Assembly (NCBI RefSeq): GCF_018977255.1
Contig: NW_024704743.1
Coordinates: 40,178,001-40,242,000, forward strand
Reading direction: 5' to 3'
Length of the DNA stretch: 64,000 nucleotides
Origin: Callorhinchus milii
Lineage: Eukaryota
The first letter of the stretch is position 1. The number at the start of each line of letters is the position of its first letter. The notes beneath the pieces were generated by a model. That model saw nothing but the letters and a program-made list of their open reading frames with translations, had not been told where the DNA came from and did no database searches. A program made the position numbers and the translations under genes. This document shows positions 1 through 12,548 of the stretch, piece after piece.

Positions 1-142
1 AGGAATTATTATCCTTGGAAAAGCGATCCGCCAATCAACTAACAATTGGGTTCCTACTTTACTGCTAGGTAAACAAAGGCATGTGTTGTAAGGAAATTTG
101 CCTAACATTTCACCCTGCCCAAGAATCGAACCCAGGTCCTCT
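1..142 (-). mobile_element. tRNA-derived SINE, long-CORE form (type B), partial
   Basis: Matches the 42517-42884 copy (ggttcctact..actgctaggtaaac..gtaaggaaa..gaacccaggtc). Cut by the window start. Confidence 0.8.
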
Positions 143-516
143 ATTTTATTCTCAGATTTAACGTTGGCCGTTTGTCACCATTTGGAACTTTTCTCTGTAT
201 GAGTGCCTTTGTGATACAATGTAGACAAGCTTTTTTCTTTCCAGCTTGTTAAGTATCCCCCTACCAAGAAAAAACATAAAAGTAATGAAGCTAGCTGTTA
301 AATCACAGGAAAGAGTGAATTGTCATCTTATCTGTGCCTTACAATCTCATGATACACATTAAATTGCTGGTTCTGTGGTTGAAAGTGAAATCATTAGGTC
401 TGAGTGAAAGCTACTGATCAGCTTGAGCAGCACAGGCTAAAGTGCACTGAAGATAATGCAGATTCACTGGTATTCCTGATGCAATGCACAGGAATGGTAG
501 TGAATCTGCATTTGGT

Positions 517-940
517 ACCACTCAGTTGGTAGCACTTTCGCCTTCAAGGCAGAAGGTTCTGTGGATTCAAGCACCAATTCAGGATTTAGACTATGAAGTC
601 AAGGCTGACATTGTGAAGCAGTGGTGGGAGCATGCCTCATTTTTGGAAGTGCCATTTTTCAGATGAGACATTGAACCAATGTTAGCTTGTTCAGATGGAT
701 GTTAAACGATATCATGGCACTATTCTAATACAGGAGGGAATTTTTCCAGAAGTCCCAGGAGTTCAGGCCAACAATCACCCAAATTAAATTGGTTATTCAC
801 TCCAAGCCTGTTTGTGGGACAATATTGTGCACAAATTAGCTGTCATAATTACCTATAAAATACAGTCACTCCACTTAACAGTATATCCTATGAAGCACTT
901 TGACATTTTCTACTCATGTGAAAGGTTTTATATCAAATGG
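517..940 (+). mobile_element. DeuSINE-like SINE (type C), diverged
   Basis: tRNA-like head (ctcagttggtagcact..cagaaggtt), Deu-like body (agatgagacattgaacc..atggcacta..tgtttgtgggac..gtgcacaaattagctg) and an L2-like tail. Confidence 0.8.
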
Positions 941-947
941 ATGCAAT

Positions 948-1265
948 ATAATAATAATAATCCTTGCATTTGATATAGCGCTTTTCACGTCGGTAGGACA
1001 TCCCAAAGCGCTTCACAGAACACACTGTAAAGTGAATTGACTGTATATTTGTGGGCAAACGCGGCAGCCAATTGCGCACAGCAATGTCCCACAATCAGTC
1101 GTAGATTGAAAATGACCAATTTATTATTGTTTTTGGTTTTGGAGGGATTATTATTAAGCTCTGTGTGGAGTAAGGAAACTTGCCCCAGGTTTCGCCCTGC
1201 CTGGAATTGAACTCAGGTCTCTCGCTTGCAAAGCGAGTGCTCTAACCACTGAGCTACAGGACTCC
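948..1265 (-). mobile_element. tRNA(Ala)-derived SINE, short form (type A), full length
   Basis: Minus strand reads GGAGTCCTGTAGCTCAGTGGTTAGAGCACTCGCTTTGCAAG..GAGTTCAATTCC (A and B boxes), then the Deu 3' part, an L2-type stem-loop and an (ATT)n tail. Confidence 0.92.
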
Positions 1266-2639
1266 ATAATTACAATTAAAGTGCAATGTAAAATGCAAGG
1301 ATTAATGTGTCATTATTGTTTAATCATTTTTTTAAAAGAGGAAGGAGTTTTGCTTATTATATTGTACTGTATTTAAGTGTGATTCATTTGTTTAGACATA
1401 GAATTTTGACTCGGATCAGTTTTATAAAATGCTATTTTTGGAGTTGCAGGAGTTTAATTCAGATATTTATGCTTTTTTCTTTAAAAATAATTAATTTGGG
1501 TCAATTTATAATGTAGAAAATGAAAAGAAAATTACATCAAAGCTTGCCTTTATGGATAATTCAGTTTTCTGTTCAAAATATTAATTAATACTTGAGAATT
1601 GCAATACAATGAATATGAAAACAAGGGCTCATCCACTTTTTTTTTAACAATGACTGGAATACTTATTCATTCATAGAAAAAGAGTTTTCCTGCAATGACT
1701 TAAACTTCTTAAGATTTACTTTAACCACTTTGAGATGGCTGCCTGAAATAAATATATAAATGTATATTGTTGTTGTTTTATTATGCACCTATGTTTTTTT
1801 TCAAATCGCCGGTAATGAATATTTCCTTTCCAGACATTTAACTTCGATGTGTAATTATTTATGTAAACTTTTCCTTTTCCTTAAACCATTATTAATTAAC
1901 CAATTTTCTTTGATTTTTCTCCGCTTTCTCTCCTGAATCCTAAGAGTCCTGGTGAGTTGCAGTGAGCATTCGTAGCTCATTCTAAAGTGGAGAGAGGGGA
2001 GGAAACAAAGCCTGCAAATAAGGTCCAATTCTGTCCTAATCTGATAAAGCCTGAACGACTTTTCTCCCAGCACAGAGGACATAGAAGGCTACTGTAGAAT
2101 CCGTTCACCCGACCAGTTGAGATGAATAGCTTTATGTTCAAAAGACTGCTCGCATTTGCAACACAATTATATTTGAAATATGGAATTGTGGATTCATCTG
2201 AATATAGATTGTTTTGAATAACATTTGCCCTAAGATTGATCCGTCTGGAACCTAAAATTGTACATGCTGTATGTGGAAGAAATTGCACAAAATTAGAATT
2301 ACTACTGCTGTACTGCTATGCAAGAGATGAAATAGCATTTGCAATATAGTTTTTTTAAAACTAAATTAACTCTCCTCTCACTGGATGGAGTTTTCTCCAG
2401 ACTGTAAGCTTCCAAATAGAGATAAATAAAAATTATTTGAAGTCATTCAGACTAAATAAATTTTTTTGCAAACCATTCCAGAAATACGAATTTGCTAATA
2501 AAAGTTCAAAACAAGTTGATATAGATGGAAGCTTCAAGTCAAACAAAAGAGCAACACTACCTGACTCGGCCTGTCCTAAAATTGTAAGGTACAAATTTGC
2601 ACTGATAATTTCCCATATAGTGAGTAACCATCAGCTATC

Positions 2640-2870
2640 AGCCTAGCTCAGTTGGTAGCTTGTTCTCCTACCCACCGCTCGGTCAGAAAGATGTGGGATC
2701 AAGTCCCATATTGGGACTTGATACTCTTTGGCTAGATTGATGCTCCAATGTAGTGCTGGGGGAGCACTGCTTTGTGAGAAGTATCCTTTGGATAAGATGT
2801 TAAACCAATGCCCTGACCTTTGCATATTCAGGAGGATGCTAAAAATCCTATGACACTATTATGAAAGACG
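2640..2870 (+). mobile_element. DeuSINE-like SINE (type C), 5' half
   Basis: gcctagctcagttggtagc head followed by gataagatgttaaacc..ggatgctaaaaatcctatgacacta. Confidence 0.7.
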
Positions 2871-3552
2871 ACTTTGTTCTGGCGGAGATGTAGAGCTTCA
2901 TCAGCAGCTGTTTACCTCTCTGAAACAGATCTACCAAATCCATCCCTCTTGACCAATTTTACTTGGAGGATTGTTGGCTAGGATACCAATAACAACTAGC
3001 TTGTCTGTTCGAATAGTGCCACAACCTTCTGACACATAGCACAAATGTTACCGACTGAGATAGATTGATACTCGGTTTAAATGCAACATGGGTGGATTTC
3101 TGATGAGCCTTATGACATTCTAAACCACTCACCAAAATTAAATCCTACCTGTTCCTTGCTGATTACATTGTGGGCCTCCAACACATCCAATATATATGCC
3201 TTCACTTCCCAAAGCTTGTCCTTGAAAGCCACTGAAATCAGTTTGATTTCTCGATAGGTCTCGGTCTCACTAGAATCACATTATGAACAAATGCAACAAT
3301 TGCACTCTGAAACACTAACAGTGTGTGCCTCAGAGAGGATCCTATTGACCAATCTTAGAAGGTCATCTCCTAGATGTCTGATATTGATCTTTGATCCTCA
3401 CCATCTCCAAGCCTCCCAGAGCAGCTTTTAGAAATTCATCATTAATACTCTCTGCATGTTCTGCCTTATAATTATATCCTCCTGATAAATTTACTTTTTG
3501 CTGTCTATGGGCCATCACTTTGCACAAATTGGCTTCCCCATTCACCTACAAA

Positions 3553-4030
3553 TACAACAACATTGACTTAAACAACACCCTCCACACAGGGTAGCATCTC
3601 AAAGTGCTTAACAGTGGTACAGCCTGACTCCGAGCCGGGGGTAAGGGTGAGGTGGCCGTAAGCACAGTCGAAGAGGAAAGTTTTCAGGTGGAATTGGAGG
3701 CGGTCGGTTAAGTAGGACTCGAACCATGTGAATGTGGTCCCACTAAGGTAGATTAGGGAGGAGAGGCGGTGGAGGAGGATGGCGTGGTCGACTGTATCGA
3801 ACGTGGCAGAGAGATTCAGGAGGATGAGGAGGCAGAGGGAGCTTTGGTCACAGACAGAGAGAATGTCATTTGTGACTTTGACAAGCACTGTTTCTGTGCT
3901 GTGGACAGAGCGAAAACCTGACTGAAGGAGCTCAAGGAGGGAGTGGAAGGAGAGGTATGACCGAAGTTGACCTACAACAATGCAGTCCACGACTTTGGCA
4001 AGGAAGAGTAGGTTGGAGATGGGATGGAAA
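3553..4030 (-). mobile_element. L2 LINE fragment: RT N-terminal segment fused to the 3' end by internal deletion
   Basis: ORF 3568-3990 contains QSGFRSVHSTETVL..LLNLSATFDTVDH..WFESYLTDR joined directly to HLKTFLFD and the tail. Confidence 0.88.
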
Positions 4031-5309
4031 CACAGTTATTTATTTTTACAGAAGTTCTCTGAGAAGCGATTGAGATTTTTCCATGTTACAGGTGCTGTAT
4101 CAAATGCAAGAATTATTATTACTTTGATTTTTACTTGATTTTGCAACCACCCAACAGGCAATTTCACAGATCCATCCAAGAAAACAACGATTGAATAAAC
4201 AAACTCAGAGCACACTCCAGGCGCTTCATATTTTGATATATTCGGATGTCAATACTCACTGACAGGGATAGAATATTAATCTATTCTGAGGTTTGAGAGT
4301 CTGATTCTTTGTCTGTTGTGTCACCCTTGCCCGTGATTGAGAAGCTACACAAGGGTTGGGACAACACTAACTTTGCACTTACAGAATTAGTGGAATTACA
4401 CAATTACTTATGTAAGTCCCGGGTTAGTTCATGATATAGAGAAACTTAAGAGTTTATAAATAAAGTTTAATTAATTGAAAAAGAGGAAACCTCTCCTGAA
4501 TAAGAAAAGCAGTAAACCTGACCTGAATTGTAATCTATAATTGTTGTTGGGAGAGCTGAGAACAGCATTACAGAAAGACTTGTCTCTGTGCACAGTACAC
4601 TTGTCTGAGACTAGTGTTTGCAATGCATTGCTCAGGTCACTCATGCTATAGATTTGTTGCCACTTGTGCAGCTGCTGACTTAACATTTTTTAGTGATTTG
4701 TTGCTGCTTCCACCAGTGTTTAGTGCTGATCAGCAGTTAATGCTCAGCATCCTTTTTTTTCACAATCTATATGTCAATTTCAGGTCAATTTCATAAATTC
4801 AGACTGAGGACTCTCAGTGCTGCACTCTCGGATTGATTTAGAAGCAAGGTCTTCAATAAATATGCAATGGCTAAATGTGAAACACTATTATTGAATGGTG
4901 AGGGTATCCTTGGAACTTGCGAGCAACAAATTTGTGCGTGGATTGTGCAGCTGATCCTTAGCCATGAAATTTCCACCAAAAGTGTATAAAAAATTCAATT
5001 AAGTATTGATTTTTCTCCAAAGTTCTTGTATTTGCTATTTCAGTATTTTAAACACTGAAGACAGATAGCCTGCGTGTTTGACCTGTTAGAGAAACAGCTG
5101 TAAATTCTGAGCTGTCAGCACAACATTACATAGGCTGTTCAAGGGTTGAAATAATGGTGTATGGACATGTTATAAACATAGATGGCCTTTTTTTCAAAAC
5201 AAAAACCCTCCTAAAAGTATACTTTTAAAAAAGCATTTTTCCCCAAATTCTCTCTCAGCTCAAACCTGGGAATTGATGACAATAGAATGACTAGCGAAGT
5301 AGACATTGG

Positions 5310-5578
5310 AGTTTCTTTCCTTCCTTGTCTATTTCCTTCCCTATCTGTCTGTCTCCACCTTTCTGTATCTGTCTCCGTCCTTCTCTGTCTGTTTCCATTC
5401 TTCTCTGTCTGTCTTCATCTTTCTCTCTCTGTCTCCATCTTTCTCCGTCTATCTCCAACCTTCTATGTCTGTCTCCCCGCCTCTCTCTCTGTCTAACTCC
5501 TCTTTCTGCCTCATTCTCTTTGTCTCTGTTTCCTCCCTTTCCTTCCCTCTTTCCCTGTCTGTCTCCTTCCCTCACTCT
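5310..5578. repeat. CT-rich low-complexity tract / degenerate (TCTG/TC)n microsatellite
   Basis: Almost pure pyrimidine on the + strand. Accounts for four spurious overlapping ORFs. Confidence 0.9.
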
Positions 5579-7647
5579 GGACATGCACTATAGTGGAAGT
5601 CCAGTACATTTGCAGTGCTCACTGGTTGGATTCCTGATTGCAGCATTGAAGAGGCAGCTGATCAGCCAATACCGCTCTCAGCAGCATTTCCAAAGACCAG
5701 TTGCCGTCTTTATTTTACAATCTAATTGTATGAACTCAAAACACTGAATTATAATAGAGTCAGACTGTATGACATTAGTTTGGTTTGGAGATTTTTAAGT
5801 ATATGGTGATGAGTTTCTCTGTCAGATATCCAGCTGACTAAAAGAGAAAGGATTTTTTCTCTTTGAATCTACCCATATATTGTCTATAAACAAACAAAAA
5901 CATTGCATTAATATGGTGCTTTTCACTTTGGGAGAATATCCAAAGGTGCTAGTCAGTGAATGGTTTGCACCAAGCTGGGGTTTGGAGCTGAGAAGTTGAA
6001 GGAAGGGAGATGAAAGATTGGATTAGTACAATATTCATTGGATCCCAGGGCTGTGCTCTGGAAAGTGCTATATGTCAAGACCACAGCTAACATGCCTGCT
6101 ACTTTATGAGCTCTTCCAGCTCTTTTCCTTTTTCTTCAGTTTTGACTTCATCTTTAAATATGTGTCTAGTCAGGCATTAACATAAACTATTGTTTGTTTG
6201 CAAAAATTTGTCTAAGCGCTCCGAGATGCTACCCCATGTGAAGGGTGTTTTATAAATGCAAATTGTTGTTGTTGCCTCATAAGACAATAGTGATTTGAAT
6301 TAAGCAACAGCGATTAATGTACATAGACTATCTGACATATTGAGGCTGTAGAATTCAATAGATGACAGATGCGTCATTTGTTCTTATGTTACCAAACAAA
6401 TGATGCATCTATTAATCTTCTAGGCTATCCTCAGTTTGTCAAGACGATCAAGACGAAGAACGGGAATGCTACCTAACCACCGTAAAGACACTTACTGTGT
6501 ATTAGACATTTCTGAATTAGGGTTTAGAATTTGTGGATGGAATCACAATAAGTATGAAGAAACTGTGCACACCTGGCCTGCAGTAAGATTGCACAACTAG
6601 AGATTTTGATCACATATAATTCTCATGTACTGATTCCTTCGTATTCCTCTGAGCTCCAAGTGAATCCATTTCAATTTACCCGTACGTTGCATTAGAATAT
6701 TAAAATCAGTACATAAGCAGATTGTATTTGTTGTAAGTACGAAAGGAGATTTCCCCTTCTAGTCACTTTGCTCTACCTCATAGACAACAGTGCATGCATG
6801 TGTACAATCTTGTTATGGACAAATATTAGGTCATTATCTCCTCCCATTGCCTGAGAAGTATTTACTGTATTTTAACAAATGGTAATGTTTACAGGGTGGG
6901 GAAGGTTTGAGATTGAGTTGTTACATATACAGTAAATTGCCATCTCTGCAATGGAGAGGACAAAATTAAAGTCTCTTCACCTTGCCCATGAAGAAAGTTT
7001 CTTCTCTTTGGTCTCTTTTGAATTTGCTGCATTGAGATTTCGAATGAAATAGCATTTTCATTGTGAATTTTGCAAACCAGAAGTTATACTTAATGCAAAG
7101 AATCATAAAAGACCTTACAGAATCCAGCAACAGCATCATGTTGAGTAAGAAGGTTACTTTTTCTGCAGGTTCATGTATTCTAACAATAATATTCCTACAC
7201 AATCAAGTGGCTTTTGCAAAGCTGAAGCTCTCATTTCTGTAAATTGAGGTTTCCTACATGCAGATCAACAGTGCCCAAACAAATAGTGGAATCAAGAGCT
7301 CCTTTCAGTCAGAGTGGCAGAGCATTGCACTGAGACTACTTAGACCTATAATGTAGTTGGATGATTTGTGTGCAATGGTGAGAAGCCAATTTCAGTCTTC
7401 AATAACCAAACAAGAGATTATTTTAAAACAATCTTCTTTGTGACTAAAGCGTCATCATGCAAAAAATAATGAATATGTTCACATGGCATGTATTTTAACT
7501 TGAAATGAGATAAATTATACTCTTATGTACTTGGTTCCAGCCTTGTTCTGAACACACGGTTCTTAAAATGTCATACTGCATTTTGAAGATACATCGCTGG
7601 GACAATGGCCAGAACCTGCAAATTATAGTCGGAGTATGTGTTTTTTA

Positions 7648-7735
7648 TCACAGAATCAGAAAATCCTACAACACAGAAGAAGATCATTTGGCCCATCATG
7701 CCTGTGCCGGCTCTTTGAAAGAGCAATCCAATTAG
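7648..7735 (-). mobile_element. CR1 LINE 3' end
   Basis: cacagaatc..acaacacagaag..catttggcccatcatgcctgtgccggctct resembles the reverse complement of a CR1 terminal stem-loop and tail. Confidence 0.65.
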
Positions 7736-7985
7736 GGGGGAGGGGAGAGGAGGGGGGAGGGAGGAGAAAGGTGGAGAGGGACGAGGGGGGAACGATGGCC
7801 AAAAGAGGATAGTCTAAAGATGGCCCTTGAAGGAGGCAAGGGAGGGGTCATGAGGCAGGGAAGCTGAAGGCCCAACCGCCAACGGTGGGACTGGCACGAT
7901 GGGGGAACATGAAGCAGGCCTGTGCCCGCCAAGCAGAGGGAGCAGACAGGTTGGTATGGTGGAAGGCTTTAAAAGTGAGGACGAT
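7733..7985 (-). mobile_element. L2 LINE 3' fragment
   Basis: Encodes a degenerate L2 ORF2 C-terminus (..LASFKGHL..) and the C-rich 3' UTR. Confidence 0.75.
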
Positions 7986-8589
7986 TTTGTTTTTTTATTT
8001 TTTTTTCTCTTTTCGAATAGAGCCCTGGGATCCACTTAAATAGGCAGACAGGACTTCGGGTAATGTTTCATTCAAAGGTAAGTTTTGCACGAGGTTGAGA
8101 CATCAGATTTTTTTTAAATTGAAATTTGTTATAGTACAAATTGATACCTAAGTTGGAAAGAAGTGAAATATATTTTTTTGCAATTCCCCAATTTTGTGAC
8201 ATACAGGTATCATGACAGCAAGATATGCAAATAACAGTACTTAATATCAATTTGTGATGTAAAAAATGTCACCACATTAAATTTATGTTTGCAATTATTC
8301 AGTAGAATGAATGCCATGTCAGGCCCTTCCAACGCAACACACTAAAGGCATTACCATGTGGTTTGGATCGAAAGTATGTAAATTGATGTGCATTTATGGT
8401 GGGATTCCAACTATAAGTCAGCACTGCCAAAATATCCACAAAACAATTATTTTCATTGGAGATCGAATATAACCAGCTCACACATGCTGCTTGTGAGTTC
8501 TCCCTTGTGGAAATAAGCATCTGCTGAGCCCATTGGTTTTTAGATTAGATCAATAGTTATTGTTACTGTAAGTAATAATAATCCTTCAT

Positions 8590-9095
8590 GTAGTGCCTAT
8601 ATAATCCCAGAACACGTCACAGATAATTGATGTAAACTGTATTTTTTGACACATTTCACAAGCAATTTGCCCACAGTAAAATTCTGAAAACAATCTTATA
8701 GAATAGTGTTATGGGATTTTTAGCATCCACTTGAACAGGAACAGTTGAGATCCATTTAATGTTCCATCCAAAGGACAACAACAACAACATTGCATTTGTA
8801 GAATACTTTTCACTTTGGGAAGATGTCCCAAAGCACTGGACTGCACCCGAGATGGGGGTCGGGATTCGGGAGGGTGGAGGGCAGGGTGGGGAAGGAGAGT
8901 GACCGAAAGCACAGTCGAAGAGGAGGGTCTTGGGATGGGTCTTGAAGGAGGCGAGGTGGAGGGACTGTGGGATGGAGTTCCAGAGGTTGGGGGCAGAGTA
9001 AACACCTCCAACAATACACTCCTGCAACACTGCATTCGAGTGTCAGCTGAGAATTTGAGCTGACGGGGGCTTGAACCTACAACCCATCACTGAAC
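8590..9095 (-). mobile_element. DeuSINE-like SINE (type C) interrupted by an L2 tail
   Basis: Deu body stops at about 8775 (ccatccaaaggac) and resumes at about 9001 (acacctccaacaat..gtgtcagctgag..ggcttgaacctacaacc). Confidence 0.75.
8776..9000 (-). mobile_element. L2 LINE 3' end nested in a SINE
   Basis: (CAA)n tail, terminal stem-loop and the peptide SAPNLWNSIPQSLHLASFKTHPKTLLFD. Confidence 0.88.
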
Positions 9096-9926
9096 AGCAA
9101 TGAGGAACAGACGCTGTGTTGATTTTCCCTTCTAATCCCACTCGCACTGGAGGCAATTGTAGCTCCTCTTTGGATGAGATCAGAACAAACAGGAGATCAA
9201 ATCTGAGTCTTTCCAAATCTCTGTATGGTTGTTTCACACAGGGCAAAGGTTTTAGCAATTGAGCCATTAAGGGAGGTGGCTACACAATGTTAAGTGACTT
9301 ATTGAAGATGTTAAGCAATATAACTAGCTAGTTGTTTCTACATTTTAGATGTGCAGAATATAAAATGAACATGCTTTATAGTCTATTTGCTCCCTCCAGA
9401 TCATGGCTCCATTAGTACCATCAGCTCAACCCACATGTGGGAGGACAATAATTGTATTGTAACCTTGAAAGTGTTAATTAGGTGTGACACCATTACCACC
9501 CACCATGTTAATATGTGACATTCTTCCTGTGTTAAAACTTCTTCTCAGACGGAGTTCCTCACTGTGAGATATCTTAAACCCATAGGCTACATAATAAAAC
9601 ACAGTGGGGACTCTTCTAAACTGCAGTTTTTAAATCATTTGGTATCAAACAGATTGTGTGCTTTCATTTCACAGGAAATAAGTGTGTTCATTTAACAGCA
9701 CAATTTCCTTCCAATGTGGCGATTTTAACTCTTTCTATTCACCATTTAAATATTATCCTCTGGAATAATTTTCCAAGAAACAATAATCCAGAACTTAGAT
9801 ACCATATATGTCTACTGTCCTTACAATAAACTCACTTCCATATTGGAAAGTGTCACAGTCATATATGAATTGGACTTCACCAGACTTTGAGCAGAAATAC
9901 GTACATGCAATTGGGATAAGCAAAGA

Positions 9927-10605
9927 TAATAACATTAATATCACGCTCTCCACTGAGCGTAGAGTCTCCAAGCGCCTGACAGTGGTGGAGCTTGATACTG
10001 AGTCGGGGTGGGGGTGGAGGTGACCGTAGACATGCGGGGAGGGTCTTCAGGCGCGACTTGCAGATAGGAAAGGAGGGGGCAAGGCGGAGGGATACTCCAG
10101 AATATTGGGGCGAAGTGGCTGAAAGGGAGGTCACCAAAGGAGGAACAAAGGGCCTGGAATGGAGAGCACCAACTCCAGCCCAGACAACCAAGAGGCAGGA
10201 GCCAGTCGAGTGGAGGCAGCGGGTAGTGTTTTAGGGAATAAGCATGTCGGAGAAGTAGGGAGGTACAAGGGCGTGAAGGGATTTGAAGACAAATGTGAGG
10301 ATCTTGAAATCTATCTGTTTAGCAATAGGAAGCCAATGGAGTATGGCTAGAACTTGTTTGATGGGAGCACAAAGTTTAGTACAGCTGAGTATTAGGGCAG
10401 TGAGTTTTGGATTAGCTGGATTTTGTGATGGTGGAGCTTGGGAGACGGGTAAAGAGGGCATTTGAATAGTCTAGGTTGGAGGTGATGAATGCATGGACGA
10501 GTGTTTCGACTGCATCTGGGAAAGGTACGGTTGGAGGCGGTCAATGTGGCGGAGATGGAGGAATGCGATCCTGATCATGGACTGGTTATGGGTTAGGATG
10601 AGCTC
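9927..10605 (-). mobile_element. L2 LINE, 5'-truncated
   Basis: ORF 10231-10461 LHWLPIAKQIDFKILTFVFKSLH, then the L2 C-terminus and tail. Confidence 0.9.
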
Positions 10606-10984
10606 CAATACCTGACTGCTATTTAATGATTTGTTTATCTTTAATGATTTGTTTATCTTTCCTAACGATAATTATATGAATAATAATCCTTGCATTTGAT
10701 ACAGCACCTTATTACGTTGAAACATTTCAAAAAAGTTTTTCTGTAAAATGTAGTGACAATGTGTTTGCAGGTGAATGCAATCTTCTAATTCCCTAGAATC
10801 TGGGTTTAAATCTTACGAATACAACAATGACAAGAACATACAATGCCCTTCATGTAGGATAACATCTCAGAAATGGAGAGAAAAAAAGTTATTGAAATTG
10901 AAAACATGGAACGATAAAATCTGATTGGCCCATAAAATCTACTCTCTGGATTTCACACACAAACTACCCACTCTAAAATTCAAT

Positions 10985-11095
10985 TATTATTAGGCGTGTG
11001 GAATAAGGAAACTTGCCTAAGGTTTCGCCCTGCCTGGAATTGAACCCAGGTGTCTCGCTTGCAAGGCGAGTGCTCTAACCACTGAGCTACAGGAC
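10985..11095 (-). mobile_element. tRNA-SINE type A head
   Basis: Near-identical to the heads at 1150-1265 and 15600-15714. A matching tail remnant lies at about 10678-10790. Confidence 0.85.
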
Positions 11096-11397
11096 TGTAG
11101 GTGTATTTGTTTTCTTTCGAAATATATATTGAACTGCCATTTGGAAGGTAAGCAAATAGAAGAAACTGAGGGTATCCTATTTGGAAATACTAACTCTTTG
11201 TCCCAGTGTGGGCTGTTGTCATTGTCACTGACCAATGATATCTTGTATGATAGTTTGTTACTAGAATACAGCAGAATCCAACACACTGGTCAAGCAAGCC
11301 TTCTGAACAGAGACACAATGAACGAGAGAATCTGACCAGTCCAATATTTATGCAAGGCAAAAACATAGTGCTGCAAACTTGGAAGATCTTGGAAGAT

Positions 11398-11622
11398 CAA
11401 CAACAACAACAACAAAATTCCATTTGTATAGCGCCTTTCATGTTGGGAGGACATCCCAAAGTGTTGGACAAACAGAGTTACGGACCTGAGCTGATGGTCG
11501 GGGAGTGGATGGGCAGGGGTGGAAGCAGGGAGATCAAAGGCACGGTTGAAGAGGTGGGACTTGAGGTGGGTATTGAAGGCGGCGAGGGAGGGGGCAAGAC
11601 GGAGGGACTGCGGGATGGAGTT
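11398..11622 (-). mobile_element. L2 LINE 3' end
   Basis: (CAA)n tail and the peptide NSIPQSLRLAPSLAAFNTHLKSHLFNRAF. Confidence 0.9.
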
Positions 11623-11799
11623 CTTTCTGTCTTTTTTTTTGAGTGTTTTCAACTGTCTTTCCTCCCCCACATCTATGCCATGACCCGCTCTGCCTTCCCC
11701 CACCTCCGCAACATTGCCCGACTCCAACACTGCCTCACCTCTCAGGCCACTGAAACCCTCAAACATGCTTTAATTAAAGCCAGGCTCGACTATGCTAAT

Positions 11800-12548
11800 A
11801 AAATGGAAGATATCTCAGATACTGGAAATCTGGAACAAAAACAGAAGTCGCTGGGAACACTCAGCAGGTCAGGCAGCATTTATGGAGAAAGGAAAGTGAG
11901 CAACGTTTCGGGTCCATGACCCTTCATCAGAACTGGTTTATGTTGGAAGGGAGAGGCTTTTAAGGTCTAACAGATAGGGGGGAGGCAGGACAAGAAAGAC
12001 AAAGGAGAAAATGGGGTAGAGGACAGGGGATGATGGGTTAAAGAGGAGATAATGATGCAAAATAAAGGGGTGATTGCAACAAAGGGTGGGGGACAAATTG
12101 CAACAAAATAGGCAGACAAGAGAGAGAAAACGTGTGTCTGGGACCCAGATAATGTGGTAATGGTCACAGAAGAGGGGGAGGGGAAAGGTGAGTTCCTATG
12201 GTCTGAAATTGTTGAAATCAATATTGAGGCCAGAGGACTGTAAGTTCCTTAGCAGATAAATTAGGTGCTGTTCCTCAAGCTTGTGCTGTGGCTCATTGGA
12301 ACAGCGCAGGAGATCGTGGATGGAGAGATCAGAGTACAAGTGGGAGGGAGAGTTGAACTGGCAAAAAAACAGAAGATCAGGGTTGTGCTTGTGGGCAGAA
12401 CGGAGATGTTCGGCAAGTCGGTCACCCAATCTGCATTTCGTCTCCCCAGTATAGAGGAGACCACATCGTGAGCGGCGAATGCATTAAACTACATTGGTGA
12501 TAGTACCATAAATCGCTGTCTCATTTGAAATCTGTGTTTGGTGCCCTG
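11800..12548 (-). mobile_element. Penelope-like element (PLE), 5'-truncated: degenerate GIY-YIG endonuclease plus 3' terminal region
   Basis: Minus strand translates NVV*CIRRSRCGLLYTGETKCRLGDRLAEHLRS..FNSPSH..KLEEQHLIY..GLNIDFNNF. Flanked by TCGACTATGCTAAT (11786-11799) and TCGACTCTGCCAAT (12549-12562). Confidence 0.9.
11897..11935 (-). ncRNA. Minimal hammerhead ribozyme motif of the PLE
   Basis: AGTT-CTGATGA-A-GGGTC-ATG-GACCC-GAAA-CGTT: conserved core boxes, a 5-bp stem II and a palindromic ACGT for a dimeric stem III. Stem I is imperfect. Confidence 0.75.

Noticed and set aside
1977..2590. Candidate exons near 2.1-2.25 kb (-) and 2.48-2.58 kb (+)
   Set aside because: No recognisable protein. 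The VPDGSILG frame may be an eroded LINE RT motif, and the splice signals are unremarkable.
5287..5747. Four overlapping hydrophobic or charged ORFs
   Set aside because: Artefact of the CT-rich low-complexity tract.
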